In this document: piece after piece, positions 1 through 10,720 of the stretch | How the letters are laid out: the number at the start of each line of letters is the position of its first letter | Position numbering within the stretch: the stretch's first letter is position 1 | DNA from: Vicugna vicugna | Lineage: Eukaryota | Assembly: GCA_013265495.1 (NCBI GenBank) | Contig: MU057577.1 | Coordinates: 7,692 to 47,967, forward strand | Direction: 5' to 3' | Length of the DNA stretch: 40,276 nucleotides | Made by a program: the position numbers and the translations under genes | Notes under the pieces: generated by a model | Seen by the model: the letters and a program-made list of their open reading frames with translations, nothing else | What the model was told of the DNA's origin: nothing | The model's database searches: none

Positions 1-1013
1 CTTAGGAATGCATTCCGTCCGTTTGCGTGGGCCGGATTCCCGACGGCGGAGCACCCGATGCCGTTGGGCATGCGTCCTTGGGGCTGCTGGAGAGCTTCTG
101 ACCTGGGTTGACCTGGGAGATGGCCCCAGGCGAGTGAGGGCTGCTCCCCGCTCCCCGCTCCCCTCCCCTCCCGCTCTTCCCCAACCACTCTCCCTCTTCT
201 CCCCTCCTGCACCCACTGTTGGAAGGTGCACTCGGCCTGGCTTTCCAGGGATACAGGCTTGCCAAGAGAATTGCTTGGATGTAGCCGGGTGTAGCTGCTA
301 CGTTTTGGCCTGGATGGACTTTAGGGGACTGGACCCTCATCAGGCCTCCCTGGAAAGGCTTTCAAGATGCTGGCAGACAGGAGGGGCAACTAGCCATGTT
401 GGATTCGCCCAGGACAAGCCTCGCACGTCGAAGCCACCTCATGTGGCCCACCTAGCGTGGAAGTGGGGTCTGCCCCTTTCTTATGGCACTCCCTGGCCCG
501 TGAGGAAGGGGGCGGGCTTCACATGACAGCTGGAAGAGTTTCCAAAGTTTGTGACCAAAGAGCATGACCAGTGTGTCGAATCCTGTGTCCGTCGGCGCAT
601 TCAGCCTTCCTATTGGAATGAGTGGGACCTCAGCCTCCAGTCAAGGAAATGCCTCAGGCCTGGAATGCAATGAGGTCCAGGAGATGCCGAGGGAAATGGG
701 AAGTAGACACCGAGAAGCTAGGCCCTCCACACTGGAAAGAACAGTGGGGCCAAGCCTTGTCACCACGAAGCCAGGGCCGGGGAACGCCAGGGAGAGCAAA
801 CACTGTGTGAAACAGGAAAAAGTGTGAAAACCAGAGAGCCCTGGAGTCCATTCAGCCCGGGGAATGGAGGATGCCAGGCTTCCAAACAAAGGTCCTTGCT
901 GGCCTCTGCATTGGCCTTTTAGTCCAAGTCCCCTAACATGGAAACATGGGAAATGGGAACACTTCAACGTTCTCAAGGAGGAAGAGGGGGTGGGATCCTG
1001 AGGCAGCAATTTC

Positions 1014-1080
1014 CATAAATAGGGGTGGGGCGTGCCCGATCCCTTGATAAGGCCCGTGCTCCCGGGAACTCAGCATTTGG
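1014..1080 (+). promoter_or_regulatory. Putative core promoter of the DUXC-like gene
   Basis: CATAAATA near 1014, SP/KLF-type GGGGTGGGGCGTG at 1022-1034, TATA-like GATAAGG at 1046, then ~65 nt to a Kozak-type gccATG (1118-1120) followed by a consensus donor GTAAGT. Assignment is positional inference. Confidence 0.4.
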
Positions 1081-1121
1081 CCAGCAGCCTCTGTGCCGGA
1101 CGGGTGTCTCTCCGGCCATGG

Positions 1122-1606
1122 TAAGTAGATATCAGCACCTGGGCTCTCCTGCTGGCTCATCTGAAATGCTTTCCTGCCCTCTCAGGGGTGTGGAAGAGGG
1201 GAGAAATGGCCCCCTGAGACTGCAGGGAATGCTTTGGCTGGGCTCTGTTAAAGGAAGCCATTGGGCCAAATGATTGTGAGTGGCTCGGGTAGTTTTGTTT
1301 TTCCTTTCATTGATCTATTTGACCCCGTTGAAATGGACATGGGGGCGGTAGCCCTGTGGCCCAATAAGTAGATATCAGCACCTGGGCTCTCCTGCTGGCT
1401 CATCTGAAATGCTTTCCTGCCCTCTCAGGGGTGTGGAAGAGGGGAGAAATGGCCCCCTGAGACTGCAGGGAATGCTTTGGCTGGGCTCTGTTAAAGGAAG
1501 CCATTGGGCCAAATGATTGTGAGTGGCTCGGGTAGTTTTGTTTTTCCTTTCATTGATCTATTTGACCCCGTTGAAATGGACATGGGGGCGGTAGCCCTGT
1601 GGCCCA
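1122..1606. repeat. Perfect 242-bp tandem duplication (1122-1363, 1365-1606)
   Basis: Direct comparison shows no mismatches, a single A spacer at 1364, and period 243. Confidence 0.95.
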
Positions 1607-3050
1607 CCCACAGCTCCTCTATCAGAATTCCTGACATGCAGCTGCACAGAAAGCTGCATCCGTTGTGCAAGGTTTCCGACTGCAGGAAGCGCATTTCTAG
1701 TGGACCATGTTTGGACCTTTGAGTTGGTGTTGTTTGTTCTTTCTCATGGTGGTTTAGCAGCTCTCTCTTGGCTTGAGTTCCATGGGAAAGGGTCCGTTTC
1801 TCTGCTGTCCCAGGAAATAGTCCACACGCAGAATTCCCAAGAAGCAAGGCAGGAGCATAGGTTCCCTTGCCACCAAACTCCACACTAGGGCTCGGGAGGC
1901 ACTGATCCCAGAAGCCCTTGAATTGCCTCCCACTCGACTCCAAAATGGGGGCAGGGGCGCCTGGGGGCACATGTGGGGGTGGGGCTTTCTGAAGGGAAAA
2001 CCCCCAAGGCCAGGCTACCGTGTGCTCCAAGACTTCCATCCGAAAAATTCTCACTGGAGCTGGCAAGCAGAAAGGCTGCTTGTGAAGGAAGCGTCCCTTG
2101 GGGTGCGCAAGCCATGCCTTGCGTCCTTCCAGGCAGACACCTTGACACCCTAGTTTGGCACCTGACAATGTCTAGTGGGGAATTCCTTTCTCAGGAGGGC
2201 TGATGTTCTAGTGTTTGAATCCACTTCAGGAAATCCAAGTCGTCCCGAAGCCCGGGACGTGCCCGATACCACGTCGGGCTTTCCACAGAATGTGTGAAAC
2301 AAGCACAGTCCTGTTCCTCTGCATCACAAAGAACAAGTGTCCACTAGGACAGGGCTCCATCACTCCAAGTTTCCAGAGAGAAAGAATTGCAAATACGCAG
2401 CCAGTCCACATGACACGTTGACGTTCAGGATGGGGTGCTCCTCCTCTGTGGTGTCCCAGCCCGGGCACCGTCAGAATCATCGTCGGGGCACGAGGGCCGC
2501 AATGTGGGTATCCGACACAACGTACCCAAATATGGCCGTGCTTGGCTTGATTTTCAGGTAGTTCAAGCAGGTGTGCGGTGGATGTGTGAGGAACCGCAAG
2601 GCGGGCTCTTCTAGCTGGCCGAAATTTCGAGGTCCATCCTGCCAGGGGCCATCCAGACATTCAACGGCTGGCAGCTGGCGGCCGTGTCCCCTGGGTGGGA
2701 ACATCTTCCACCCATTTGAAACGTGAGCCTGTTGTCCTAGGCCTTCCCTGCTGGTTGCTTCGTAGCTCTGTGGGCTGCCGCTGAGTGGGAGGTAGATCAC
2801 AAGAACATGAATCATCTCATCTCTGCTACTTGGCCTAGATGGAAGGCCCAGGGTTTCACCTTCAGAAGGGCTTTGCGTGTGCTTCTGTTAGATAGAAAGG
2901 GACGTTCATCTGTGCACTTGGGTCTACTCCCCCCGGCTTCCCGGACACAAAAGGCAGGCTGGCATGGCCCCACCCGTCACCACCCCGCACCACCGTTGGT
3001 GCAGCTGAACGGATTCCATATCAGACGTTTCCCCATCTTGCCTTTGGCAG

Positions 3051-3204
3051 GCCCACTCCCAAGTGGACAGCGGAGAAGGAGGCTGGTTTTGAAGCCCAGC
3101 AGAAGGACGCTCTGCAAGCCCTCTTTCAACAGAACCCCTACCCTGTCATCATGGCCCGAGAAAGCCTGGCCCGAGACCTGGGCATTCCCGAAAGCAGAAT
3201 TCAG
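3051..3204 (+). pseudogene. DUXC: DUXC-like exon 2 (homeodomain 1 up to helix 3), 1-nt deletion at 3100/3101
   Basis: Acceptor ccccatcttgcctttggcag|3051 and donor CAG|gtaaat at 3204/3205. One frame gives [16 protein letters not shown]; after AGC^AGAAG another frame gives [34 protein letters not shown]. The exon is 154 nt where 155 keeps frame. Confidence 0.9.
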
Positions 3205-3904
3205 GTAAATCTCAGTCTCTGAATTCCTCCTCTCTCGGGGTCCGTGTCCGGACACCCCCCACCCCGGCCCGAGCCGTATGGAGTCCCACTTCCAGATCGG
3301 GAAGCTGTCTGCCGAGGCTTAGCCTGGCTTTTTCTCTCGTGCATTGGGAGGGACCGAAAGATAAGCCAGCCTGCATCAAGGAAAAGGGGAGTCCTCTAAT
3401 GAGCGTCTGTGCTGAAGGGTTTGTACGTGGCTTCCGAGCCCAATATGCAATTGGCTACAGACACTTTGTGGAGGGCACGCTAGGGAGAGGACCCGTCTCC
3501 TCCCCTTTGTGCTCCTGGTCTGGGTGCTTGAGGCAAGCCTGGACTCCACTCCCGAGAAGGAATGGCTGTCCCTTGGGAGAACAGGGCCAGGGGGAGCTGA
3601 GTGGCCCTGGGTCCTATGCCAACGGGTGCTCAGGAGTCCATGTCCAGGGAACGAGGGTGCGTGAGGCTGCTTGTGCCACGGAGTCCGGTCCTTTGTGGCT
3701 CACCTCCGAGGCACTAAAGTGCTCAAGTCGTCCTGTCTGGTCAGCCAGGAGAGGAGTCCTGAAAGGGGAGAACCGCAGGAGCAGGAGCACAGTGCCTGCG
3801 ACATTTCAAGGGGCACTAACACGCGCAGGCTTCCCTTACTGAACTGTCTGGCAGGTTCAACAAACTGCCCACCCAGCCCCATCAGAGATGCCTAAATGCA
3901 AACA

Positions 3905-4100
3905 CACATGCCCACACCCTCACCGACACCCATACCTACCCCGATGGCCACACCTTCACCAACCCCAACCACAACCCCTGCCACCCGGCCCTCCCGAAAT
4001 CCTCAGCCGACCTCACCCGACCTTACTCCACTGCACCCTACCCTTCTCCACGCCACTCCACTCCACTCCACTTCACTCATTCCACACCTAACTCTGCACT
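3905..4100. repeat. Degenerate C/A-rich hexamer array grading into (CCACT)n
   Basis: CCCACA CCCTCA CCGACA CCCATA ... followed by ccactccactccactccact. Confidence 0.7.
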
Positions 4101-4419
4101 TGTTTCTTGGGGAACGAGGAAGGCAACATGTGGCTTCACAGTTGAAGACAGTGACACCGATTTCAAAGGTGGGGATCGGGTACCTAAGAGCCTCCAGACC
4201 TGGAAGTGGCAGGACCTTGTGCTCCTAAGAGCTCCCTGGCAAGGAGTCACTTCCAGGCAGCATGGGGTTTTTAGGAGGTCGCCAGCGTTCAGTGAATTTT
4301 GGACAAGAGCACTCACCTATGCATGGTGTGTTAGAAAAGGGTGCTGTCCATGGGGCTAGAAAGGAGAACAGAGGAACATGCCTTGGGCACTGAGCATGGC
4401 CAAAAAGAGGCACAAAGAC

Positions 4420-4710
4420 TCAGAGGGAGCAAGTGAGAGAAATAAGAGAGAGAAATGGACACAGGGACAGAGACAGGGACTGAGGGAAAGGAAAAGAGCA
4501 ACAGGCAGAAACAGGTAGACGGACAGAATTGGAGAGTGAGACTACCAGGCCAACAGGGACCGTGGCAGGTTTGACAAGAATGGAAAATTTCAAAAGAGAC
4601 AGAGAGCTAACCAGAGGGAGAAAGAAACGGAGAGAGAGAGAGATGATCAGAGAGAGTGGGTCGGGGGAGGAAATGAGGGAAAGTGAGAGGAGGAGGAGAG
4701 AGAGAGAATA
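4420..4710. repeat. GA-rich low-complexity tract in DUXC intron 2
   Basis: Purine-rich runs such as gagagagaaa and ggagagagagagagatg. Confidence 0.75.
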
Positions 4711-5051
4711 TTAGCAAGCTCTTTCAGACTGAATTTGGGAAAAGAAACATTGTCTCCTGCCTCACGGGTTTTAGTCTTTGGATTCCAGAGGGAGGATGGC
4801 AGGGGAAATGCTGATTTTCTTCCGTGCGGATTGTGTTTTTTGGAATCCTGTGCAGTTCTTCCGAGGTGAAAGCCATAATCTGTGGCAAGTTCAGTCCCTT
4901 TGGGGGCTAAATCCTTCCCCTGGGGGCACATGGAATCTACAGTTTGTCCATTCCTTGGCTTGTCTGCATGTTCTGTTGTGAATCACTGTGATAGCTCATG
5001 AGATCTATCCCTAAGCATTTGAGTGACAAGGGGTTTTCTCCTTCTACTTAG

Positions 5052-5157
5052 GGTTGGTTCCAAAACCAACGAAGAAGAAGCCTAAGGCATAGCCGACCGC
5101 CATCGGAGAACATCTTACCAGACTGGCAATCGCATCATGTGCACGACCCTGAGTTTG
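5052..5157 (+). pseudogene. DUXC: DUXC-like exon 3 (recognition helix WFQNQR plus linker)
   Basis: Acceptor ttttctccttctacttag|5052. Open translation [35 protein letters not shown] with the usual V before WFQN replaced by G. Putative phase-1 donor G|gtaaca at 5157/5158. Confidence 0.85.
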
Positions 5158-5603
5158 GTAACAAATTTCGACGCAGAAACGTGGAGCTGCACTCTCTCAG
5201 TGGTCAGGGTCCTCTGGGCTTCCTTCTTGCAGCTTCTGGTGGTGAGAACACTCAGGGTCGTGTGTGAAGTGCCAGCCACCTGTGGCAAGCTGGCCAGAAA
5301 GGGTTTCTCAGGAAAGTCCCAGCATTTCCTGCAAATGATCATCCTGGGGATTCTGTCCATCTGTCCCCTGCCCAGAACTGGCTGCCAGTTTTCACTTAAA
5401 GTTGGTGGGGATGAATTCTAACTTCTAAAATGAACTTTAATATTTGAAATAAACACTGGATCACACCTGTTAGAAGTAAAATTTTAATACCCACTTTCCT
5501 CTAGGACTTCTTCAATCACAGTGTAAAATTGAAAAAGAAATCAGGTTAGTACTGAATTAAAGCAACAAAATAGAATCATTCAGAGGCACTGCAGAAACCT
5601 CAC

Positions 5604-5656
5604 CTGCATCTGTTCTTACATGATGCCGTCCTCCAGATCAAAGATGGTGGGTAGAC
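5604..5656 (-). pseudogene. 53-nt exon remnant of an unidentified gene (copy A)
   Basis: Minus strand tttgtctatttcag|GTCTACCCA...AGATGCAG|gtgagg. Phase 0 reads VYPPSLIWRTASCKNRC; the phase-1 frame has a stop in this copy. Confidence 0.55.
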
Positions 5657-6624
5657 CTGAAATAGACAAATTATTGCAAGTGTGGCAGTTGGTTCATGTT
5701 TTCTCATTTGGATTTTATTGGCAATCATATGTGTGCAGTTAAAAAGGTCAGTTTCTTAATGATGAAGATGAGTACTTAGAAACACATTCCAAATTATCTT
5801 GGCTTTGCATTCTGAGATGCTTTGTTTCTCTTCCTTTTATAGCTTTCCACTTTGGGGTGGCCATCAAAAAATAATACAACATTTTAGGCGTTGGATAAAC
5901 TGGTCAATTAAGTTGTGTTTGTGTGTGTGTGTGTGCGCATGTGTGTGTGGGTGTACAAAGAAAAGGAAACTCTCCCACATCCACAAGACAAAAAGGGTGG
6001 AAATGTATAAGCAAGGATAAATTCTTAGTGGAGGAAGTAATAGCCAGTGAATGACAACAAATATCTGACCTCTTCCCTTGGCTGTCAGGGGGGAAATAAA
6101 ATGCACTTAAAGCTAGAAGACAAGATTTCTTTTGCTGTTTAGTATGAGTTCCAGTGCTTAACTTACTCTGGTGCCACCCAAAGCAGTTTTGACCATCTTC
6201 CACTCAAATCAATCAACACATAGAGGCCAGGAGCTCCCCTGACATTCAGGACAGAGAAGAGAATGGGTTGAAGGCTGAGGGGATGTGTAAGTAAGGATGT
6301 GAATCCTGGCAGCATGTTTTTTAAGCATGGCTTAAAGCCCAAAGTGCTTTATGGTTCTGCTGTCTTCCCTTTTGCCCAGCCAGCTGTGAAAATGAACACA
6401 CCCAGTCCGCTCTGGGGTGGTGTGTCCAGCTTCTGGAAATGCCTGTCAAGTCACTCTCTGAACACTGAGAGATTTCAACCGGAGCTCTTCCCTCATTGGA
6501 GCTGCTGCTGTCAGAAGTCTGGCCTGTGACTGACTGACCTGCCCTGGGAGATATTTTAAAAGCAAGTGACTTTTTCCATTCTGAGTCTGTTTCTGTTTTG
6601 TAAATAAGTTCAGCTGTCTTATTT

Positions 6625-7215
6625 TCATTTTAGATTTTCACATACAGTTGATGTCATGTTATATTTGTCTTCCTCTCTCTGACTTACTTCATTTAGTATG
6701 ACAATCTCTAGTTCCATCTATGATACTACAAATGGCATTATTTTAAAATCTTTTTTATGGCTGAGTAGTATTCCATTNNNNNNNNNNNNNNNNNNNNNNN
6801 NNNNNNNNNNNNNNNNNNNNNNNNNNNNNNNNNNNNNNNNNNNNTCAGAGAATGTGTTGTATGATACCACTTATATGTGGAATCTAAAATATTATACAAA
6901 TACTTACAAAACAGAAACAGACTCACAGACACAGAAAACAAACTTATGTTTACTGAAGTGGAAAGGCTGGGGGGAGGGATAAATTAGGAGTATGGGATTC
7001 ACAGATACACACTACTGTGTATAAAATAAACAATAAAGATTAATGTACATCAGGAACTATAGTCAATATCTTGTAAACATATAAAAGGATAAGAATCTGA
7101 AAAGGAGTATATAATATATATTCAGATATATATATATATATATCGGAATCACTTTGCTGTACACCTGAAACTAACACAATATTGCAAATTAATGATACTT
7201 CACTTAAAAAATAAA
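6625..7215. mobile_element. Two oppositely oriented L1 3' fragments (copy A; - then +)
   Basis: ctgacttacttcatttagtatgac...ggctgagtagtattccatt (minus), a gap, then atgtggaatctaaaa...acacctgaaactaacac (plus) with (AT)n. Confidence 0.85.
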
Positions 7216-7604
7216 GAAAGGAAATGACTGTAAACAACAGTTTATCTGGATCTTATAATTCCTCAGGGGCTATTTTAAGTGAAATTCTGCCTGCACAGGT
7301 TAGCTTTATCCCAGGAATCCAAGTCTTAGGGAAAGTCTGATAATTATTACCTGAAATGATTTGCCTAAGGTAGGCACTAACAAAAGCACAGCAGCAATTA
7401 GCGATGTTCTTGGCTGAGGTAATTGCAGGTTTTCATTTAACCCTAAAATGTTCACATCTGTTTCTGCCCCACTGAGGGAACTAACTGTAGTTACAGGGAT
7501 TCAAAAATTATGCAGGAATTCTACAACCTCAGAGTAGCCTGAAGATCTCTTCTGAGAGTCACATGTTACAAGGAGAGTTACATTACACTCAGCCTGTAGG
7601 CATA

Positions 7605-7770
7605 CTGGCTAAGCATTTGTTATGTATTTACACTGATCCTTGCAATAATCCTAAAAAGTATGTAACATTTTTATCCCCATGTTACCGGCAAGGAAACTGG
7701 GGTTGAGCAAGGTCAAATAGTTTGCTCAAGGTCAGCTACTCAGTGACTCAGTGTGCACCTTTAATCCCGA
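7605..7770 (-). mobile_element. MIR (counterpart ~32125-32320)
   Basis: tatccccatgttac..aggaaactgggg..aggtcaaat.gtttgctcaaggtca. Copy B retains gagctgagatttgaacctagg. Confidence 0.7.
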
Positions 7771-8165
7771 AGTTACATTGCCTCCCTATGTGAAGTTTTC
7801 CCGGAAAAAAAAAATTAAGTATGTTTGATGTGATTCTTCAGATAAGTTTCAAATTTTCTGTTTTATTCAAACAATTCCTTTATGCTTTTATCTCCCAGGA
7901 TGCTTTTGGGGATTTGATTCCCCGTCATCACCTAAGAAGAAATAAAAGGAAATACAATTTAACCACATGGATTCTCTTTGCTTCTGGTATTAATTAATGA
8001 TCAAGGAAGCTGTCCCAAGTGGCTAAAGTAAATCTCAGGGAATTGCCAGATTCCTACTGCAAGTCCCTCTCAACTACCATCATAGATAATAAATACAAGA
8101 CCTATTTTCATTTTAAATTGGAGATAATCTTATGAGGATAGCTGTTGATCCAAATAATCTGTTCC

Positions 8166-8448
8166 TTTTTTCTTTTTGTAAATAACTTCTTGTGAGTTTT
8201 CAATGTTGTGTTGGTTTCTGGTGTACAGCACAATTCTTCAGTCATAAATGAATATACATACATTCATTTTCACATTGTTTTTCACCATACGCTACTACAA
8301 GATCTTGAATATATTTCCCTGTGTTATATACAATAGAATATTACTCAGCCATATAAAATGACAACATAATGCCACTTGCAACAACATGGATGTCCCTAGA
8401 GAATGTCATTCTAAGTGAAGTAAGCAAGAAAGAGATAGAAAAATACCA
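8166..8448 (-). mobile_element. Short 5'-inverted L1 insertion (copy A; counterpart 32735-33024)
   Basis: T tract plus minus-strand L1 3'UTR, switching near 8330 to plus-strand ORF2 end (tactcagccat...gaatgtcattctaagtgaagtaag). Confidence 0.8.
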
Positions 8449-8763
8449 GTCAGTTTCTTCATGAAAGCCAGATTCCTGTGTTGAAGACCATTACTTGTTG
8501 AGTTATCTGGGGAAAGGATATTTTCCCTTGATGAATGATGCAATAAATGGTAATCTGCTGTGAAAAAGCTGGGCTCAATTGGTTCTGGAGATCCCTGAGA
8601 TAACTGAAACAGAAAAAATAAAACTGCATCTTATTTCAGATTCAGAGTCAAGTGACATGAGACCTCCGTGCGTGTCTCTGCAAGAGGTAACGGAGCTCAT
8701 CGGCTGTCAATCCCTCTGTCACAGATAAAGATCCATCTTCTTCCTTTCAAAAGGACTTATAAT

Positions 8764-8905
8764 GAGGGAGGTTGTAGCTCAAGTGGTAGAGCACGTGCTT
8801 AGCATGTATGAGGTCCTGGGTTCAATCCCCAGTAAATCCCCTAAGAATAAGTAAGTAAATAAACTGAACTACCTCCCCCAACCACCCTCCCCACCATCCA
8901 GAAAA
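8764..8905 (+). mobile_element. tRNA-derived SINE, camelid type (copy A)
   Basis: A box TAGCTCAAGTGG, B box GGTTCAATCC, A-rich tail, target-site duplication aaaagga(c/g)ttataa. Confidence 0.85.
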
Positions 8906-9620
8906 AAAGGAGTTATAAATTAGAGGCAGGCAAATTACAGTGAAAGTAAGCAGACAGTTCCCTGGACAAGTGAAAAACACATACACACACAGAGTCTATA
9001 CTTTACAATCTTATGAGAACAAAATTTAAATGGAAAGAACAATAATGGTGTAGGGTCTGGAATACCAAAATATAATTTTTACCAGCTGTGGGTGGAATAA
9101 ATTCCAATTATTCAACAGGACATTATGTATAGCCTTAAACTGTACATCTCCATGTATCTGCTGTGAAAATGCCTTCTTGTTTGGCCAAGGCAAACAAGTT
9201 TTTTAATACATCTTTTTCAATCACCATTAATTAATTTTAATCTCCACACATTAATTATCAACACTGAAAAAGAAAGAGCAATTCACTAAATGCCAGTGTT
9301 TATTAAAGTTCCAATCATTTAATTCCCTTTTATAAAGCTGAAATTTTTAAATGAAATTTTCAACTTCCTTTCAACTTTCACTATAACCAGCACTTGGGTT
9401 GGCCAAGTTTTGTGCCCTTGTAATACAATATGCTTTAAAAATGTCAATTCATATTAATAAATCAGAAATAAAAGGAACAACGTAGACTATGCCACAGTAG
9501 TTACTTTGAATTCATAGCCTCTGTACATTAAATAAGTAATTTTGAAATGAGGTGCTGAGATCGAAACTTGCACAGAGAAGGATGCTAAAGCTATGAAGAC
9601 CAATGTGGGTTTTATAAATT

Positions 9621-9760
9621 ATTTTTTAAAATAACTTTATTGTGGTATAATTTCTGTAGAGAAAACTGCACATATTTCAGATGTACATTTTGATAAATTT
9701 TGATAGACAGATACACCGAGGAAACCGTCACCACATAACATTTCCATCACTCCCTGAAAA
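9621..9760 (-). mobile_element. Old L1 3' end (counterpart ~34196-34335)
   Basis: tttttaaaataactttattgtggtataattt...aaactgcacatattt...tgtacattttgataaattttga is a typical L1M terminus. Confidence 0.7.
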
Positions 9761-10289
9761 GGGCAAACTTCCAACTCCCAATTTATCCCTTCTCACCCCC
9801 TTTACCAGCATGGTTTTCAGAAGCTCTGCAGAGGGGACACTGGAGCTAAACTCCAAAGGCTGGACTTCGAAGGACACAAGGAAGCCAAGTGGAAATTCCA
9901 GGTGAGAGGAATTCAAGAGCAGAGGCTGGGCATTGCACATTAGGGCCAGAGTGATACAGGGCTAGGACATTAACCCAATGTTCTGGAGCCAAGGGGATTT
10001 AGGCTGAAGAGAGGAAGGCAAGTGCTGTTCATTCATTCAGGGAGTATTTTTTAAACCAACTCTTTTGTTCCATGCACAGACCCAGCAACGAAAACAACCA
10101 ATGGTGGCCAAAAACCATATTCTTGGAGCTGACTNNNNNNNNNNNNNNNNNNNNNNNNNNNNNNNNNNNNNNNNNNNNNNNNNNNNNNNNNNNNNNNNNN
10201 NNNNNNNNNNNNNNNNNNNNNNNNNNNNNNNNNNNNNNNNNNNNNNNNNNNNGGCCAGGGCGTCTAGGAGGTCACAGATAGACCTAACT

Positions 10290-10720
10290 GAGACAGGGAA
10301 GGCTTTTCTGAAATAATGCTTCAGCTGAGAGACAGAATAATGAGCAAGAGTGAGTAAAGGATGGAGTGGGCAGAACATCACAGGCAGAGGATAGAGCATG
10401 TGCATGCTGCAGAGGAAGCAGCATGGTAGGTGGGTCCTGTGGCCGGTGAGGAGACAGCAAAGGGTGAGAGCGGTACAAGGTGAGGGTGGGGAGAGGGGTC
10501 CAGGCTTGGACCAAACAGGACATGAATATCATGGTGAGAATTTGGCATTTTATACTCAGACCCATGAACAGTGTGTGTGTTTGTGTGTGTGTGTGTGTGT
10601 GTGTCTCTGTGTGTGTGCATGTGTGTGTGTGAGATAGAGAGAGAGAGAGAGATACAGAGAAAGACATGACCACATTCTGTATTAAAAGAATCACTCTGGA
10701 TGAAATATAATCATAACAGT
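10290..10720 (-). mobile_element. L2 remnant interrupted by (TG)n(GA)n (counterpart ~34830-35220)
   Basis: cagggaaggcttttctgaa...agctgaga...caggcagagga.agagcatgtgca and ttaaaagaatcactctgg. Confidence 0.55.

Larger units (their letters stand above)
1118..5157 (+). pseudogene. DUXC: DUXC-like double-homeobox gene fragment: exons 1-3 only, homeodomain 1 frameshifted, homeodomain 2 absent
   Basis: Exons 2+3 spliced with one base restored give [68 protein letters not shown]. This matches the laurasiatherian DUXC HD1 pattern ([25 protein letters not shown]...RIQVWFQNQR) as I recall it. The phase-0 intron between IQ and xWFQN is the PRD-class position. Confidence 0.85.

Noticed and set aside
1..1000. 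GC-rich region with ORFs up to 172 aa, checked for DUXC HD2 or C-terminal exons of a preceding unit
   Set aside because: No homeodomain or LLxxLL/acidic motif in the listed frames. Probably non-coding spacer of the repeat unit.
2807..3208. 133-aa ORF containing [10 protein letters not shown]
   Set aside because: Intron read-in plus post-frameshift nonsense. Only 3051-3100 is in the homeodomain frame.
3896..4228. Pro/Thr-rich mucin-like ORF
   Set aside because: Translation of the degenerate hexamer repeat in an intron.
5115..5421. ORFs on both strands that recur near 29319-29890
   Set aside because: The similarity follows from the DNA duplication. An indel differs between copies and there is no recognisable protein.
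8764..8835. tRNA-like sequence with A and B boxes (also 33345-33415)
   Set aside because: It has an A-rich tail, a TSD and copy-specific decay, so it is a SINE head rather than a tRNA gene.
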